64,000 nt of DNA from the human T2T-CHM13v2.0 reference genome, Homo sapiens, in the NCBI RefSeq assembly GCF_009914755.1, contig NC_060927.1, one strand, 5' to 3'. Below are positions 26,499-39,073 of the stretch, one piece after another. The notes beneath the pieces are model-generated. The model made no database searches, had not been told where the DNA came from, and saw only the letters and a list, made by a program, of their open reading frames with translations. A program made the position numbers and the translations under genes. Numbering within the stretch: the stretch's first letter is position 1; every line of letters begins with the position of its first letter.

Positions 26499-26803
26499 AA
26501 ATCACTGAAATTCAAGTATAGTTGATGGACAAATACAGTATTTTTCCAGAGTTGAGTTAATTTTTTTGAAACCCGAGCCAGTTCAGAGTGATAATTTTTT
26601 AACTAAATTCATTGCCTTTAGAAATTAGAAGGTGGTGGGAAGTTGGAGACAGCATTTAATGAAGAGTGCTGTTCTTTCTTTGCAAAATGTCTTGCAAATA
26701 TGGTTGCCAAGTTATTTCTAATGCAGATGTTTCTACTATAACATAATGTGTGCTTAAAAAACCTAGAGTTCTAAAAAATGATACATTAATATTAGCAAGG
26801 CTT

Positions 26804-27081
26804 GGTCGGGTGTGGTGGCTCACATAGGTAATCCTGGCACTTTGGGAGGCTGAGGCAGGAGGATTACTTGAGCCCAGGAATTAGAGACCAGCTTAGGCAA
26901 CATAGTGAGATCCTGTCTTTACAAAAAATAGATAAAACTTAGCCAGATGTGGTACACCTGTAGTCCCAGCTCCCAAGAAACTGAGGTGGGAAGATCATTT
27001 GAACCGGGAGGGTCAAGGCTGCAGTGAGCAATGACATTGCTCCTGCATTCCAGCCTGGGTGACAGGGTGAGACACTGTCAA
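26804..27081 (+). mobile_element. AluJ
   Basis: ggtcgggtgtggtggctcac...gagcccaggaattagagacc...ggtcaaggctgcagtgagc; TSD taatattagcaaggct / taataatagcaaggct. Confidence 0.93.
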
Positions 27082-28829
27082 TCATAATAGTAATAATAGC
27101 AAGGCTCATGGAAAAAACAGAACAGACCACTCAAAAGATAGGCATGAATCTCAGCATGCATAAACCTAATTAAAAATTAGTGCCATTGAAAAGACATGCT
27201 GAATTTCTCATAAAAGTGCATTATATATAGGAAACGTGACCTTTGATAAAACTGAAGGTAATTTGATGGAAGGATTGAGGCTGCTGAGTTAGAGATAAGA
27301 CTAAATGGGGAGAAGCATATGATGAGCTTTTCCAAGACAAGACATATGTCTACACTGAGCCAAGAGGAGAAACATGGGCAAATTATATAGAGTACATTCT
27401 CCCACAGCTTTCTGTACTAGAATATCTTGTGTTTATCTTCTATGTCTTACTGAAAAATATGAATGTACTGGGAAAAGTCATACGTGAACCTATATAATAT
27501 CTTCCTTTACGATGACATCATTTCTCTGTTTACCAATCCTATCGTGTTAATTTGTGTTACAGATGCACATTTTATAGCAAAATAGGCTGAGTTTATCAGG
27601 ACATTGGAAAAGGTAATTCACAAGATTAAATTTTGGATATTATGTGTGTTCAGAGGAGTGTTGTTTCATTTTGAGAAGTAGAACGTGTGTAAATCATGAA
27701 GTTGGGCTAAAGAAGGCTCAGGCTGTGAGCCAACGTCTCTTCCACTTCGTGGAAGCATGGACATCTTTTTTTATGGAGTTCCACGGGGATACATTTTTGC
27801 AGCTGCAAGGAAGGCTCGCAAGTACAGATGACCTTCAGTGACAGTGGTATGTGTCAAAGATTCTCCATCCACTCTGGTATGGTAAGAGTAGCATGATTGG
27901 TTTCCTTACCCTGGTAAAGCATGGTCTTTAGCCATAGTGTGCGAAGAAGGGAGGAACTCAGGTAAGGATACCGAGAAGACCAGATTCTCCAGTCAAATAG
28001 AGCTGCAATCAGGTCTCAACACTGCCATTTAGTAGCTCTGTGTGACTCTGGCCCAATTATTTAGAATCATTTTTTTCTCTTCATATCTGTAAAATATGTA
28101 CCTCAGTAAGGTAGTTAAGAATAAGGCAAGGCTTGTAGTGCATGCTTAATGATGTTACCAATTTTTTTTTTTTCAGGAAGTGGCTATGTAAAGAACATAT
28201 GTAGCTCTATGAGCTCTCTTTGCTCCATTTAGACAAGTACCTACTTGATAATGTCTTTGTCATAGTTCTGATAATCACATGAGCCTTTTCTGGCCAGGAT
28301 TCAAGGCTCATTTCTCAGGCCAGGGGGCCTGGGGAATTGTGCTCAGATTACTTCAGACCATTGAAAGGGTCTTTGAGTAGGAAGCACTGGCAGCCTTGAA
28401 GATCTGAAGTCTCAGTGTACCCACTAGAGGAAGGCCAGGTATAGGTAGCACATCCCCCCTGCCCATGGTGATGGAAAAAGTCCAGGCAGAGGGGAGTCAG
28501 ATGGAGATACAGGAAAAGAAATACACATATGACTGAAATTCTGGATTCAAGTTCTAGAACCTCCATTTCCTAGCTAGGTAACATTGTTTTCTTTTCACCT
28601 GCAAGAGGTGGAAAGTGAACCACACAGAGTGTGGATAAATAGAAGCTAAAAAGATGTTTGTTTATGCCCATCCTTTCTATCAAGTTCCTTTCTTTTAGGC
28701 TAGCAAACCTCTAGACCTTCTATTCATCCAGACTGAAAGACAATTGAAGAGGTAAAAATATTCTCATGTTGTGATTGAGTGTTATTTAATGGCCCATCCC
28801 TTCCCTACCTATTCCCCATGGAGAAGCTC

Positions 28830-29212
28830 TGTCTTAGTGGTTTGGATGTTTGTCCCCTCCGAATCTCATGTCGAGATGTTGGAGGTGGGCCTGGTGGGAG
28901 GGGATTGGATCGTGGGGGCAGATCCCTCATGAATGATTTAGCACTATCTTCTTGGTGATGAATGAGTTCTCACTAAGTTCATGTGAGATCTGGCGGGACC
29001 TCCCCCTTCTCCCTCTCTTGCTTCCCTTCTTGTCATGTGTGACGTGCCTGCTCCCTTTTGCTTTCTGCCATGATTGGAAGCATCCTGGGGCCCTCACCAG
29101 AAGCAGATTCCAGCACTGTGCTTCCTGTACAGCCTGTAGAACCATGACAATTATAATTTATTTAAAAATTATCCAGTTTTAGATGTTCCTTTATAGTGAC
29201 ACAGAAATGAAC
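28830..29212 (+). mobile_element. MaLR solo LTR (MSTB-like)
   Basis: tggtttggatgtttgtcccctcc...gggcagatccctcatgaatg...ccctcaccagaagcagat...cttcctgtacagcctgtagaacc. Confidence 0.88.
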
Positions 29213-29771
29213 TGCTGTAATGAACCATTACAGTAGCTGTCTCTACTGCAGGGCAAGGTCAAAGGACATATTCTGTTCCTGCTGAAAGACCTGGGTCTTC
29301 TCAGCCCTGGTTACCATTTGACCCATGTCAGCATCTGCCTACCAACTTGGGAAACGTCACTGCACTTCCTACTCCCCGTCTTTTAGAACCAGAGCTTTCC
29401 AATGTCAAAGGTATTGGAGTATTTGCTGACCAGGCGTGAACAGTCATGATTCTCTTTCAGCTGTGTTGCAGATGGGAAAAAGTGTAACAGAAACACATAT
29501 CTTTCCTGGTCAGAGCTGATGTAGACATCCCAAGGACCTCCTCTGAGACAGGAAAAAATATAATTACCCTTCCCCCCTGAACATATTGTACAAGTAGGTA
29601 GACCTTCAATTCGCCTACTAAGAAGAGGGTGCACGGTAAAATCGAAGATCAAATAGGAGGAAAGGGAAATTGTTAAAATAACTAACTTCATAGCAATTTA
29701 AGGTTTGTAATGTGATTTCACATTTACGTTTTTATGCTCTCCATAAGGATATATGTTGCATTAGAAAATTT

Positions 29772-29900
29772 AAAACAAAAAGTGACTATTAAATTTTGAG
29801 GCGAGAATATGTATTTCTTGAATCCTTTGATTGTATTGAAAACAAAATGTGACTATTTTGAGGTGAGAATATTACTTCTTGAATCCTTCAATTCTATCTA
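29772..29900. repeat. Diverged ~62-67 bp tandem duplication
   Basis: aaaacaaaaagtgactatt..ttttgaggcgagaatatgtatttcttgaatcctt followed by aaaacaaaatgtgactattttgaggtgagaatattacttcttgaatcctt. Confidence 0.85.
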
Positions 29901-31035
29901 AAATGCATTCAGATCTTAGCATTCCTGGGATTCCCCTCTGTGCCGGACATTACGCTACAGTCTCTGAGAAAGGATAAAGTACTCTTTAATTCCAAAAGCT
30001 AGTTTATCAGTTGGTTGCTTTCTGAATGGTCACAAGATGAATTTGATTTGTTCCTTTACTTTTTCCTCCAATATCCGGCAACTGGGTTAAAAAAAAATAC
30101 TAGCCTACATTGGCACTGGTAAGGAAACTGACACCGGATTCTCCAGCCAGTCATATTTTGTACCTTTGGATCACACCCAATAACAGAGGGAAGAGCGAAA
30201 GGACAGATTATAGCAGTTGCAACAATGTGTAACAAAAATATTGTGCCATTGAAATGTTAATGTAGGTGAGCATCACCTTGTAAAATTCATATTGTTAGAA
30301 AGCAAGCCTAATCACTTGAATCACAAAGACTGATTTTTATGGGAGACCTCTCATTTTATTCTTTAGGTATTTCATTTTCATTCTGTGTTTTCTTCGGAAT
30401 TAATAGAGCCTCTTAAAAACTGCCGTCTATAAATTTTCTCTCCTACATATGTCTCGAAACAGTTTCATTTCTTCATTTAAAACATTACAGCCATTTCAAA
30501 ATGCCCTATTTTGTATTTAATTTCACCATCTCATATAAAATACATGTTCTTCACATAATTATGTAAAAATGGGTTTGCAAATGCCCTAGAGATCCATATG
30601 ATGGGGCACATTATAGGATTCTAAGTAATAATAATCTCCTGTTTACATGAGACCTGATTTTCATGCCAGTTTTTTACACTTTAATATATCCAGAACACAG
30701 CTTTGCTCAAATATGCTAGTTTTTTCTGGTTCAGGAAATGCATTTGAAATATCACAGATTAGCTTGCCTGGCAGAATGCACAGCTACATCTGATATTTTA
30801 GAGGTGAACATAACGGAGCCAGAGATGGGAACCATTGTTGTCATGTTTGCTATGTGCACAGCTAAACAACACCCAGCAGGGTTAGTGGAAGACCTAGGGT
30901 ATAGGCAGGAGAAGAGGAAGCAGGAAAAGGAAAAAAAAAAAAAAGGTGATTTGGCAAGAGAAAGAGAGGATATCATATAAATATTATATAAGAGCTTGAA
31001 CACACCAACTAATAAAAATAAAGCATAATGTAGTG

Positions 31036-31150
31036 CAGTAATTTTTCAAAGTGTGGTCCCTGGGCCAGCACCATCAACGTGCCTGGCATAGAAATGCAAC
31101 TACCTCCACCCTGCTGAATCAAACAATGGTGGTGGGACACCCTGGAATCT
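31036..31150. mobile_element. MER5A fragment
   Basis: cagtaatttttcaaagtgtggtccctgggccagca...tagaaatgcaa...ctgctgaatca. Confidence 0.65.
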
Positions 31151-32122
31151 GGTCAACACTTCTAGATGGTCTCAGGAGGGTTTTTCTGTGTGTCACCAAA
31201 CCCAGTTGCAGGACTGGGAGAATTGGAGACCTGAAGGACAAGAAGAGCAGGGCAAGCTAGTAGGGATCTCTGGGAGTACTTCCCTCTGGAGAAAATGCTT
31301 TGAAAGTACTTTTTCAGTGAATTTTATGATGACAGGGCAGGGAGAGAAGCTTATCCTACAGAGGGCTTTATGTGCACACTCTTACCACTCAAGGAGGGGT
31401 GGTTGCATTTCCAACCAGGCTCCAAGTCATGGTGTTAGAAGTAGGCCAGACCTTTAGGAGGGGAGGCAGAAAGGAGGCTCCTTGTTAGAAGACACATCCC
31501 ATGCAGAGGAGGAAAATCACAGTACTCTGAAGAACTGGATGTGAGTCAGTGCATCCAGAGCATGCAGAGAGGAGGGAGCCATGGCCAGAGAACAGGCCAC
31601 GTGTGCAGTGCTGACAAGTTAGGCTTTGTCTTAGGGCATCGGACACTCCAGAGGAAGAGTGTTGTAATCCTGAGAGTGATGTGCTTAGGATCTGTGAGAA
31701 TTACATGACTAGCTAAACGCTTGCTGAGAAGTGTCATAAGATTGGTGTTCCTAGTGACAAAGTTTTGGGTCCGATGACATATAAGATCAATAATGTCTTA
31801 CATCCCTCTACTAGGCATCCATTGTGAGGCTCTGGGGCCTGTCTCTGGTACACTCACTCTAGAACACTAGTCCAAAAGGATGTGTCTATAGATATTTGAG
31901 AGAATAAAAATCATTTAGTTGATAGGAAACCAATGCCAATGACCCCCCAAAGGGGCACAAGATGCGAGAGGAGAGATGCTGCTCCTTTGGTCATTTAATC
32001 CCCACTCTTTTGGACAAAAATATATTCATGATAAACAATTTATTGATTAACCTTACAGGTAACACCAGTAGGGATTTGACTCACCTTTGTTTTCTTCTGG
32101 AGAATAGTTTCTGCAAATTTGG

Positions 32123-32184
32123 ATTACAGGAAACGTAATACACCCTTGCTCTAATTATAGGAAACGTAATACACCCTTGCTCTA
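32123..32184. repeat. 31-bp tandem duplication
   Basis: atta(c/t)aggaaacgtaatacacccttgctcta x2, one mismatch. Confidence 0.95.
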
Positions 32185-32310
32185 TGCAGTGCATTGCAAA
32201 TTGCCCTGTATTCAAGTGATTATTGCAATCTTTTACTATCTGTTCAGCTAGATGCAAACAATTAAAATAGCTTTCTCCATAACTTTTCTTTTTTTGAAAG
32301 TAACATTTGC

Positions 32311-32450
32311 AGCTGGGTGCAGTGGCTCATGCTATAATCCTAGCACTTTGGGAAGCTAAGATGGAAGGATCCTTTGAGCCAAGAGTTCGAGGCCAGTCTG
32401 GGTAACATAGTGAGACCCTGTCTATTTAAACAAAACAAACAAACAAACAA
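32311..32450 (+). mobile_element. FLAM_C / free left Alu monomer
   Basis: Single left monomer with (CAAA)n tail; perfect TSD aaagtaacatttg at 32297-32309 and 32451-32463. Confidence 0.9.
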
Positions 32451-33092
32451 AAAGTAACATTTGTTTTTTTTTAGTGAATTAAATTTACACAATTAATGAT
32501 TAGTGAGATGTAGTCTAACAAATATTTTCTTTTTATATTAATTGAAGGAATTTACCCCCAACTTTTATACCACCCACCCAATGAAATACACATTATCTGA
32601 GATTTTAAACTTGTTTTTGACCCTCTCAAAAATTCTTTTCTAGGTTTTCCTTTACTAAAATGTATTCTACTCTCTGCTAATGGCGCTCCCCCCATCCCCC
32701 ACTACCTGCACTCCGGCGCTAACTGCTTACCATGACTTAACCCTTTGTCTAGTTCGAATGGCCTCTCCTTCAAGTCCTAGAAGGAAAAGACCACATGGGC
32801 TTTACTCACTCTCAGTCTCTATCTAGCTTGGTGCGTGGCACAGCAGGTGCTCAGTAAACATTCATTAAACCAATTAATTGCCACTGAAGACTGCTGCTGC
32901 TTTGTGTACCTGCTTTTCAAAGCTCTCGCTCCCCCATTATCTCCTGTCACCCTCTTTTTTCCTCCCTTTCCCTGATAGATTCATTACAAAAACATCAAAC
33001 CCAATCCTCAATTTCCCTAAATTGTCTATGTAACTCATTGAATTTAAGGTTGTTACCTTAAAAGGTAACAACCCCCAACAGTAAAACTGGTA

Positions 33093-33124
<32 letters not shown>

Positions 33125-33817
33125 TCTTTTGCCTCAGAAGCTGCATAATTTCAGGGTATAACATAGTTCGCAAAGCATATTAAGTATGAAAGAATATTTA
33201 TATAGTATAGCCTATTGAAACTACTCATTGTGGCCAAAAAACCCTTTGCTTGTTTAGTATTAAATGAACTCCATTTAGCTGTTATATCTTCTAGGGAGAG
33301 CTAGTAGAGAGCTGGAGCTGGGGTTTGGGGGCATATAGATGCACGTAGATAAAAGAGTTCATGGACAGGGTTTCATGAAATTTGAATGTGAAGTGGTATT
33401 ATGCATCTCTTTCATTTAAATAACCTAAAATGAGTAATTCACTCCCTAGAACATTTGATAAAAATCCTTGGAAGTTTGCCAGCAGGCACGGTGGGAGGAA
33501 GAAATGCATATTCAAAAGGAGATCAGAAAAAAAAGAAATGAAAATTAGGAAGCAAAAACCTGAAAAAGCAATCTATACCTGATTTATTTTCTAAAATAAA
33601 TGGAAACATCTTGGTTAGAATTGCTTTAAAGAACCAGGGCCTCACTTAGTACCCCTGAGCAATGCAGTCTTCTGGAAACACTAGTGCATTTAAGAAAGGA
33701 CTGAGCACTTTCTTACATTGTGTTCACCTCAGGCGACAGATCCCATGAACTCAAAGCTTGGCTCTGGAGTGTCAAAACACCTACCTGCAATGGTTATCGT
33801 TGCCATAGAGATAACTG

Positions 33818-33865
33818 GATGATAGATAGCTAGATGATAGATAGACACTGAATAGATAGTAGATA
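33818..33865. repeat. Imperfect (GATA)n microsatellite
   Basis: gatgatagatagctagatgatagatagacactgaatagatagtagata. Confidence 0.8.
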
Positions 33866-34987
33866 AATGATCTCATATGTCAGAAGAGGCCTTTGTGCCT
33901 AGGAAATTACAGATTTTTTTTCAAAAACAATTCTTCTGTCAAATCAAAAATAGAACTCTCTTTACTCCCACCTCATATACGTTCCCCTACTCTTCCAAAG
34001 CTTTTTCTTATCACATTTATGGTGTGCCGTGCCCATTCAACTCCTACTTGACTTCTTGTCCAGGAGGTTAACTTTCTTCAAAGGCTTGGATATGACCAGT
34101 GCTAGAGGGCAAAACAGTGGACACAGGACCACTAGGGTTTCTTTATTTTACAGTAAATCGAGCTTTGTTTGTTCTTACTTTCTTTTCTGAGCGCTCAGAT
34201 GAGTTTTGTCTCTTTGTCCTTTTCCTTACTGTTTACTTGTTTCTTCCTTTCTCTCTTTCTCCTTATTTTCCTGCTTCTCCCTATTCTTTTTCCCATATGT
34301 GTCTGACTTTCCTGCCTCATTGTTTTCTGTTCCTGCTCTTTTTATGGGTACCTCTGGGAATTATAGAAATTCTAACACTCCTGCCAGATTGTGAGGCCAC
34401 TCAATTCTTGAAACAACAATAGACAATTTCAGCAAATACATATACATGTTTTATAAAATGATGGTGAGGTGTAGGACCTTGAAAAACCCACCTCAAAATT
34501 CATCATGTGTCCACTGGTGTGGATAATAGGAAAGGACTTTGTAGAATTAGTGGGTAAGAATGGGGGCTGAGTTCTATTACTTCCTCTGCAGTGCAAGCTG
34601 ACAGCCTGAAAAAATCAGACTTAAGCAGCAGCTGAGTCCTACATGGGAAATTACAACAAAATCAGAAGTCAAGGTCTGAGTCCTCTTTAGAAAAAGTATA
34701 GAATAAATTTAATCCCCTTATCTTACAGATTTAAAAGTTGGGGTGCCGAGAACTTGTGATTCACTGAAAGTTTTATAAATAGCAATTCCATCAATCTAGA
34801 ACCTGGGGATATTGACTTGTAATCAAGTGACTATTTAGGTTCACCCCATTACAGAAAGGTGTGAGAGACAATAGAGAGGGAGAGAAGGGGGTGGAGTCAT
34901 TATTGCTAATGGATTTAGTAGTAGAATTTGGGGTTCTTTCCCCAAGCTGAAGGAAAGTAGAGAAAGGAAGCAGTTCTAAGATAAGAA

Positions 34988-35739
34988 TAAGATGGAAAAG
35001 TTCCTTTGACTCCCTCATAAGACTTGCAAAAAGGGTGTGACTCCTTTACCTGGCTGCCAGGAGCTCAAACTCCTTGCAGGAGTGGGGAGCATGCAGGTGA
35101 GTGGTTGCAGGAGCCAGGGGAGTGTTTTGGGGCTCTGGCCCGACGACAGTATCTAGGGGTGTGTTACAGATAATGCTCTTCTAGCAGTTGCTGTCCATGG
35201 ACTGCTAAGTGTTAACCAGCTCAATGGAGAGTCAGGGTGGCAGCCTTTTACATCCTGCCCTCTTGGTACCCAGGTTCTTTTTTGGCAGTCAGGACAAATT
35301 GGGTCGCATGAAGGGTTTGAATGGTGATGAATGCGGAGGATTTTATTAAGTGGAGGATTTTATGAAGCAGCAGAAGTGGCTCTCAGCAGAAGGGGAGCTG
35401 GAAAGGGGATGGTGTAAGAAGAAGGTAAAGCCCAGCTGTCTCTAGCCAGGCTCCTCTCTGAAGTCATGCCATCTGAAGTTAAGCTGCGTCTGTCTGTAGT
35501 CTCCAACACTCAGTTGTTTCTCCTCTTAACAATCAGCCACTTGTCTCTTTGCCAGCTGAGGTCTGGGGTTTATATAAACACAGCACAGGGGTGGGGCAGG
35601 CCAAAAAAGGCAACATTTGGGTGGGAAAACGGGGATAACTGTTCCCATTTAGGGCTGTGGTTTCCAGGTTTGAGGGTGGGGCCTTTGCCAGGGAACCACA
35701 CTCTTCTATCCAGTATTTTCCTCCCTCCTGTCCATATCA
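34988..35739 (-). mobile_element. ERV1 LTR (LTR28/LTR1 group)
   Basis: Minus strand starts TGATATGGACAGGAGGGAGGAAAATACTGGATAGAAGAG...GGCAAAGGCCCCACCCTCAAACCTGG; TATA at 35569-35578, AATAAA near 35342. Confidence 0.85.
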
Positions 35740-35743
35740 ACAG

Positions 35744-36419
35744 CGTAGGGGCCAAGAGAAAGTTTCCCCTTTGTCCTCTGAGGCTTTGCTGAAAATCACC
35801 TGACAAAAGGCAGATTAATAGGAGAAAAGGCATATAAAATTTTATTTCCATGTGGAATCCCAGGGAAAATGATTACCCTAATGTGCGCAAGCTTATATGC
35901 CCTTTTTTTTAGGGGGTGGAAGGGAGCTGGGGATGTTAACAATTTTTTTCGGGAGCAATAAGTCATCAGGGAGAATAAATGTACCTGGAGGTGGGAGGCA
36001 GACCTTAGGGAAGGCGGGGAGTGGAGCTGCACAGGAATAAAGGTGGTCGTCTTATGTAGATCAAGCCCCCTGGCCGATCTCTTAGTGTTGCCCTCGGAAG
36101 AATAGGTAAAATATCTCTCTGGGCATAGGGATGACATCCAGTCTCCTCTTCTCTTGAGGCTGACCTGGAATCTTTCTTGGTTATTTGATGAAATTCCTAG
36201 GGAGGGAGTCTTGAAACAGTTGCACTCAGGCTGTCTTCGTCAGATTAGGAAATTCAGAGAGTCCCTGATCTCTGAATTGAGGGGTTGGGTTGGACAGCGG
36301 GGTTAGAAAGATGAGAGAGAAACCTTGGTTCTGAGGCTCATTTCTGAGCCTTTCCATTTTCAAAGTACTGAGAATACTGAAGTACTACATTTTGGGTAAT
36401 CATTTTCTGTGCTTCAACA
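35744..36419 (-). mobile_element. ERV1 LTR (MER34/MER39 group)
   Basis: Minus strand starts TGTTGAAGCACAGAAAATGATTACCCAAAATG; the far end reads gtaggggccaagagaaagtttccccttt...tgacaaaaggcagattaataggagaaaaggcata on +. Confidence 0.8.
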
Positions 36420-36989
36420 AGACAGACATTGAAGTTCACTCTGAGGAGGATGAGAGAAGGGGACAATGAAGATAATAATCAGAAACATTTCCAGGTCTCA
36501 GTTTTCTCATTTGTCAAATGTGTATAATAATATCTTCATCATGAATGAGAATGTTATTTAGAGAGCTTAATATATACCATGTACTCAACAAATAGTAACT
36601 AATGCTGTTTTGGATTTGTGACTGAACTCTTTGTAACCACCCTCATATGAACAATACTCATGTATCAATGGTCTGGAGTTGCTGGGGCTGATTTTTTATA
36701 CTTTGAAGGTGAGTGAAGTACAAACATTCTGCCTGGCTCTGAAACCAGGATCTGAAACCTGGTCTCAAGCTGTGTGTCTCTTGTTATAATCCCAGACACA
36801 TTTGTGGCTTGAAACTGTACTCTGGGAAGGTAATACATAGATGTGTTGACTATTTGCCAAAAATGACTAAACAGGGTCACATGTATGAAATTACCTATAA
36901 TTTTGTCTCAAGTCTAATGAAGACTGGTATATTGGATCTTCTTAACATTGTAGTGACTGATCATGGTCATAGGTCATACAAAGGCTTAG

Positions 36990-37430
36990 GAAGTGAACTT
37001 AAGTCAACTTCCCCAGGAAACAGACTGTCCGCTAGATATTTGTACACAGGAAGGTTATTGGAAAGTTCCTTGGGTTCTATGCCTGTAAGGGAACGAGGAA
37101 AGCTGGACCAGAGAGAAGGAGGAATTCATACAGTTGCAACAGCCAGTACAGTTATGGGCCAATCCCTCTGAGTTACGGAGTCGAGATGCTATTTTGAATT
37201 GTTCAGAATTGAGGCAAAGGGGTGATCCTCTGTATTTCGTACCAATCAACTATTAGATGCTGGCTGCCCCTGGAGAGGAGTAATATTGAACAAGGTGATG
37301 TCTTCTGAGGGCAATTGCCAGAGAGGGCCTTCACCAAGAGCTATGAGCAGACAACATTCCAGCAGGGCTAATGAGTGCCTCACTTCTGAAGTGGAATCTG
37401 GACAAAGCACCACAGAATCCAACACAGAAG
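36990..37430 (-). mobile_element. Old ERVL LTR (LTR16-like)
   Basis: ttccccaggaaacagact...aggaaggttattgg...cagttgcaacag...gaattgaggcaaaggg...ggctgcccctgg...gagggcaatt. Confidence 0.65.
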
Positions 37431-38059
37431 CCCTAGTTGTTTCCAAATATATTCTAGCAGCCTGGAAAGTGCTGCTTTGCTGTTCTCAGGATACTGTGAG
37501 ACCTAGAATGACCCCCAAAGTATTTTGTCCTTCCCTAGGAAATGTAAAACCAGACCTTCAAGTTTTAACAAAAATCATTATTTTATAAATATTATTGAGG
37601 GGTCTTACTTGGAACCCTAGCTGACGACAGCCCATAAGAGTTGTCAGTCTGTGGAAGTGGAGAGACGTCAAATGTTCTCCCAGTTTGCTTTACTGTTCTT
37701 TTGGGAGAGTGACCAAAGAAAAAGATCCAGTGTACACAACCAGAATTGTGAAGAAGAAGAAAAGATTGTTCTCAGTAAAGCTATGATTATTTACAGAATT
37801 TGAAAAATCAACATTGTTATCCAGATGCTTTGAGCCTTAAAACTATTAGTCTATCATTTTGAATATTTGGAGGTTTCAAGCAAAGTTCTTTGCCAATTAT
37901 TAGCATTTTCAGGTAACTTACTCAAATTTGACCTCAACTGTGTTCAACCAGCTGTCAGAAAAGGACAGTCAGTATAAAATGTGGCTGCCTATGATGCAGG
38001 CAGAGTTAGATCCCGTTAGAAAAGAGTGGGTAGGCAGGGCAAAAAGTGATCATATCTCC

Positions 38060-38335
38060 AGTATAATCACAGCAGTTCTTATTCCCATAATACGGTATTT
38101 ATACCACACAGATAACATAGGTGTATATAACTCCAAGATAATAGTAAAATACAACCAACAGTTAGCAAATAGGAGTTTTGAGAATGTATTGACTTTTTCT
38201 TAGCATAATTTAATTGTAAGTTGATAATTTTTATTGGTGACTGTGTTTAACAACCTGCTCACCAAAATCCTAAAAATTTAACATCTGGCTCTTGTGAACC
38301 CAGACAAGCCAGGTTCAACACACTCCAGCAGGGCT
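38060..38335 (-). mobile_element. MER63-type hAT-Blackjack element
   Basis: aattgtaagtt...ctgtgtttaacaacctgctcaccaaaatcctaaaaatttaaca...ggctcttgtgaacc is the reverse of the MER63 5' end. Confidence 0.7.
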
Positions 38336-38467
38336 CTTGGAGCCCTAGATCAGCAGCTTTTGATAGTTAGATTTTTGAACTCTCAAAGGATAACAGGGAG
38401 GCATTCAACTGTTGGACGTGTTAAAAAATCACAGAATCTGAGGAAGACCTGAAGCTTCCTGAGCTGC

Positions 38468-38472
<5 letters not shown>

Positions 38473-38508
<36 letters not shown>
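38473..38508. repeat. Poly(T)36 tract
   Basis: 36 uninterrupted T with no adjacent Alu or L1 body. Confidence 0.95.
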
Positions 38509-38510
<2 letters not shown>

Positions 38511-39073
38511 CTGTCATGGAGCCCTCAGGGAACTTTAGAACTAATAGTTTACTCAAAACTCATTCTCCTTATATGCCCTCTAATAAAGGCAAGGAGAAAA
38601 CTGTTCTTTCTGTTCTTAATTAGTCATTTGGTTCCCAGACGTCTGCCAAAGCAACTATAAAGGCAATTTAATTAAAACAAAAAAACAGAGCCATTAAAAT
38701 TCTCTCACACCCTGATTTTTAGAAATGCCTGCTGCTCTCTTTAGGTTTCCCTTTTTCCTTTTCATTCACTGTTTAGGAATTTATCTGTGCTTTCTTTCAG
38801 ACTGACTGTAGTCAGCGCTAGTTTGCACATAATGAGGGGTAAACCTCATGGAGGTAACCACTCTGAGAAGCAGAGAACTAAAGCATGTGTTTAATTAAAT
38901 AGAAGTTATAGAGTCCTGGAGTTTGTAAAATTTTAGATTTGTTAATCAGATGTTTCTTGATGTCTGATGAGATAAGTCTTTGGCCATGAAAATAATATGA
39001 CAACATAGCCACTGTCTTAGATTTGCAGTTGAGATTTTTCATGTCTTTTCTAGTAGTATTTTAGTCAAACACG

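Noticed and set aside
27563-27612. Plus-strand coding micro-exon (ttacag|ATGCAC...GAAAAG|gtaatt)
   Set aside because: Stop codons in all three frames and only moderate splice signals.
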